DNA of 64,000 bases, taken from a virus. Taxonomy: Duplodnaviria > Caudoviricetes. The DNA is taken from the IMG/VR virus record IMGVR_UViG_3300014204_000112, positions 149,923 to 213,922 of that record. One strand, given 5' to 3'. Below, in pieces: positions 61,587 through 64,000 of this stretch. Under the pieces are notes generated by a model. The model was given only the letters and a program-made list of their open reading frames with translations, made no database searches and was not told the origin of the DNA. The position numbers were made by a program, and so were the translations under genes. How positions within the stretch are numbered: position 1 is the stretch's first letter; each line of letters begins with the position of its first letter.

Positions 61587-62549
61587 ATGAAGAAGCTGAA
61601 GTACATCAAACTGTTTGAGAACCTACATCCGAACGAGCATGAGGAAGACTTAGAATCAGTTCATGCTTTAGTAGCATCAGGGATGTTGGACGACAGTGAA
61701 ATCATTCCGATGCTTCTAAAACTGAATGCAATATCTTGGGAAAATACTGCTCTCATTGAGATTCAAGGAGAAAGCATAGCCGGAAAGTTGAGCTATCGAG
61801 CAAGACTTCAGTTCGCTGGACGACAGAGGTACTTCAATATGGATAAACGAGAACAATTATCTAGCGATACCGTTATCAGGTTAGCTAAAGCAGAAGCCGT
61901 TGCAATGGGCGCGGACTTTGCATGGAGATCTAATAATCTTTTCGCAACTCTCTACGATTTACAAACCGGAAAAGATTTCAACATAGAGAACGTTGGTACT
62001 CGGCAAGTCATGACGACTATGTTAGGCGTCAATACCAGCAAACTAAGAGAAGATCTTGATGTTTCCGATTTGGAAAAGTCAGACGAGTACATTGAGCTCG
62101 CAAAAGTCGGATTGACTTCACGTCAAGTGACCGTCACTGTTCATACTGGATATTTCATGGATGATGAAGAACTCGATTATGATAAAGTTGGAGAGAAATA
62201 TGCAGACGAAATCAAAAACTGGACTGGAAAAAATGGATTGAGAGTAATAAAAGGAAATGTCGAACTGAATGCAGATGCAGGTAATAATTACTATATGACT
62301 GGCAGCTTCACATACAATGTCATGTTCAGCGATCGTTCCGTCCTGACCATAAAGACTTTCATACAGAGAAGTTCGGAAGTAGTCGAAGAGTACTCAATCG
62401 TCAAGGACAATCAGAAAGTAGATTTGACTGGCATTTACATAAAGTTCGAAGAGGAAGGGACTTATCTTGATCCAATACACGACGAGAATGGAGATCTTAT
62501 CATCACCCAACCTTTAGACTTCGTGGTTCAATACAGTGGCTTATACTAA
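61587..62549 (+). CDS. CTS-bearing hypothetical protein (start MKKLKYIKLFE)
   Basis: GATAAATA at 61574-61581 immediately upstream. Confidence 0.75.
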   Translation: MKKLKYIKLFENLHPNEHEEDLESVHALVASGMLDDSEIIPMLLKLNAISWENTALIEIQGESIAGKLSYRARLQFAGRQRYFNMDKREQLSSDTVIRLAKAEAVAMGADFAWRSNNLFATLYDLQTGKDFNIENVGTRQVMTTMLGVNTSKLREDLDVSDLEKSDEYIELAKVGLTSRQVTVTVHTGYFMDDEELDYDKVGEKYADEIKNWTGKNGLRVIKGNVELNADAGNNYYMTGSFTYNVMFSDRSVLTIKTFIQRSSEVVEEYSIVKDNQKVDLTGIYIKFEEEGTYLDPIHDENGDLIITQPLDFVVQYSGLY

Positions 62550-63847
62550 GCTGGAGTTAAATCAATCGTTCCAACTTCCCACCAATAGTCTTCGTATATT
62601 TGAACAGTCCATTGAGAAGAAGTTGCTGTCCCAAAATTTCCCGTGCTGCTCATAGTCAATGATCCAGTTCCAGAATCGTATGAGGTTATGGTTCCATAAA
62701 ATGCAGCTCCAGTTGCTCCAACATATACTCTAACTCCTGGGCTTAACCCGGTTTTTTCAGTCTCTATAGTAAATTTTTACTTGCTTTGTTCGCCATTGAT
62801 CCCAGCGAACACGAGCTTTCCTTCTTCGAGCGCTCGTTCTCCTTGATCGGTCCGCCTGACCTTGAGTGCAGGAAGATATAGCCGGCATTCAGGACAGCCT
62901 TGAGCTTATGGGCAAGTACTGCATCTTGGGTGGACAGCCTGTCGGTGACAGCTTTCACGGATTCCTTTAGGGTCGGTTTCATGTTACTGAAGTTTGGGTT
63001 CGAAGTGATCGTGCCTGAAGCATGCTGCGGACCCGTCTGTTGGGTCATCGAGCTGGCAGGCAGTATTGGAATTGAGTTCTCCCTAGTACATGCATTTCGA
63101 GCACATGACTATGTCGTCTTCCGTGCTTATTCCCATGTTCCTTAGGATGTCCCTGACCATTGCTTCGGATTCGGCTCGAGTCTGGGTCTTCTTTCCCATG
63201 AACCAAAAATCCATCATTCGTCTGATCTCTGACAGCTTGGTCGTTCCGATCATTATCTTGTTAGCCATCGTTTTGGTTTTAGAGTTTCATGCGAATGGGG
63301 GTATTGCTGACTTGCACTCGTAGTAGACGAAGCGCTCCCTTATCTTTTTTTCTATTCTTTCTTCGAAGCTCATGGCTTGTTCGTTTTGGATTTCTTTTCC
63401 ATCTTACGAGCTAACCTCTTGTTCTGGTTGAACACTTCCTTGCTCGAAGTCGTCAAGTAAGGGGTTCCCTTTTCCCTGGTGTCCCCTTGCCTGTAGCAGT
63501 AATAGGTGGTCTGTTCCAAGAAGATCTGGCCGTTTATGACAGTCTCTTTTACCATGGCTCGTTTCTTTTGCTACTAACCTACCAAAAACCCAGGTCCCCG
63601 GTCCAGATGCCCGCCACCAGCACAATAAAAAATATCAGATAAAGAATAAGACTAACAGCTACATCAGACTCGTCTTCATAGTTACTATCTTAGATACCGA
63701 CATAGGTACTAGGGTACCAGACATATCAGGTACCATAACCCGTTTTATAACGACCCTACCTGGACTAGGCGCTAAAGCGCCATGAACAAGCTGCACCTGT
63801 TCTAGGGAGTAAGGTACCCCCGAATCCTGGCCAACCCTACCCAGCCT

Positions 63848-64000
63848 AAACTTGACCTTGCCGCAAACTTGGCCCAGTCTAAACTTGGCCCAGTCTAAAC
63901 TTGGCCCAGTCTAAACTTGACCTTGCCGCAAACTTGGCCCAGTCTAAACTTGACCTTGCCGCAAACTTGACCTTGCCGCAAACTTGACCTTGCCGCAAAC
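63848..64000. repeat. Tandem array of two related units A=aaacttgaccttgccgc (17 bp), B=aaacttggcccagtct (16 bp), order ABBBABAAA
   Basis: Direct reading; continues off the window. Confidence 0.95.

Noticed and set aside
10286-63323. Numerous + strand ORFs antisense to long - strand genes (e.g. 11462, 17149, 42935, 56576)
   Set aside because: Shadow ORFs with no motifs or initiation context
63848-64000. CRISPR array
   Set aside because: Units abut with no unique spacers; no cas genes

Overview
This looks like 64 kb of a large T4-related (jumbo) phage genome, transcribed mostly on the - strand. A-rich leaders without Shine-Dalgarno motifs and the lipoproteins suggest a Bacteroidota-like host (inference). 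1-9.4 kb is a tRNA array that probably continues off the left edge. It holds 18 recognisable tRNAs, 8 complete free-standing homing-type endonuclease genes (most with a T4-late-type TATAAATA box inside a start-codon-sequestering hairpin), seven Y-RNA (YrlA)-like modules grafted onto different tRNA arms, and several other structured RNAs. Directly upstream of the array is the most striking feature: a 41-codon leader ORF that uses all 20 amino acids, with 31 different codons in its first 32. Its 3' end is an 11-nt antiterminator for an intrinsic terminator in front of the tRNAs, making it a candidate attenuator that responds to shortage of any tRNA. The rest of the window encodes a NARP1-like Adps/Namat pair, a glycan-modification block, class II RNR, an amidase, a second PRPP synthetase and a capsid-targeted Acb1-like 2H phosphoesterase. 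It also has a gp52 topoisomerase gene fractured by a split intein with an endonuclease between the halves, a gp39/60 topoisomerase, DenV, several proteins with T4 CTS-like N-termini, an attC-like cassette array (52.1-53.9 kb), a PurA-like/vWA pair, panD, and a two-unit tandem repeat at the right edge. All calls come from reading motifs by eye; no database searches were run.
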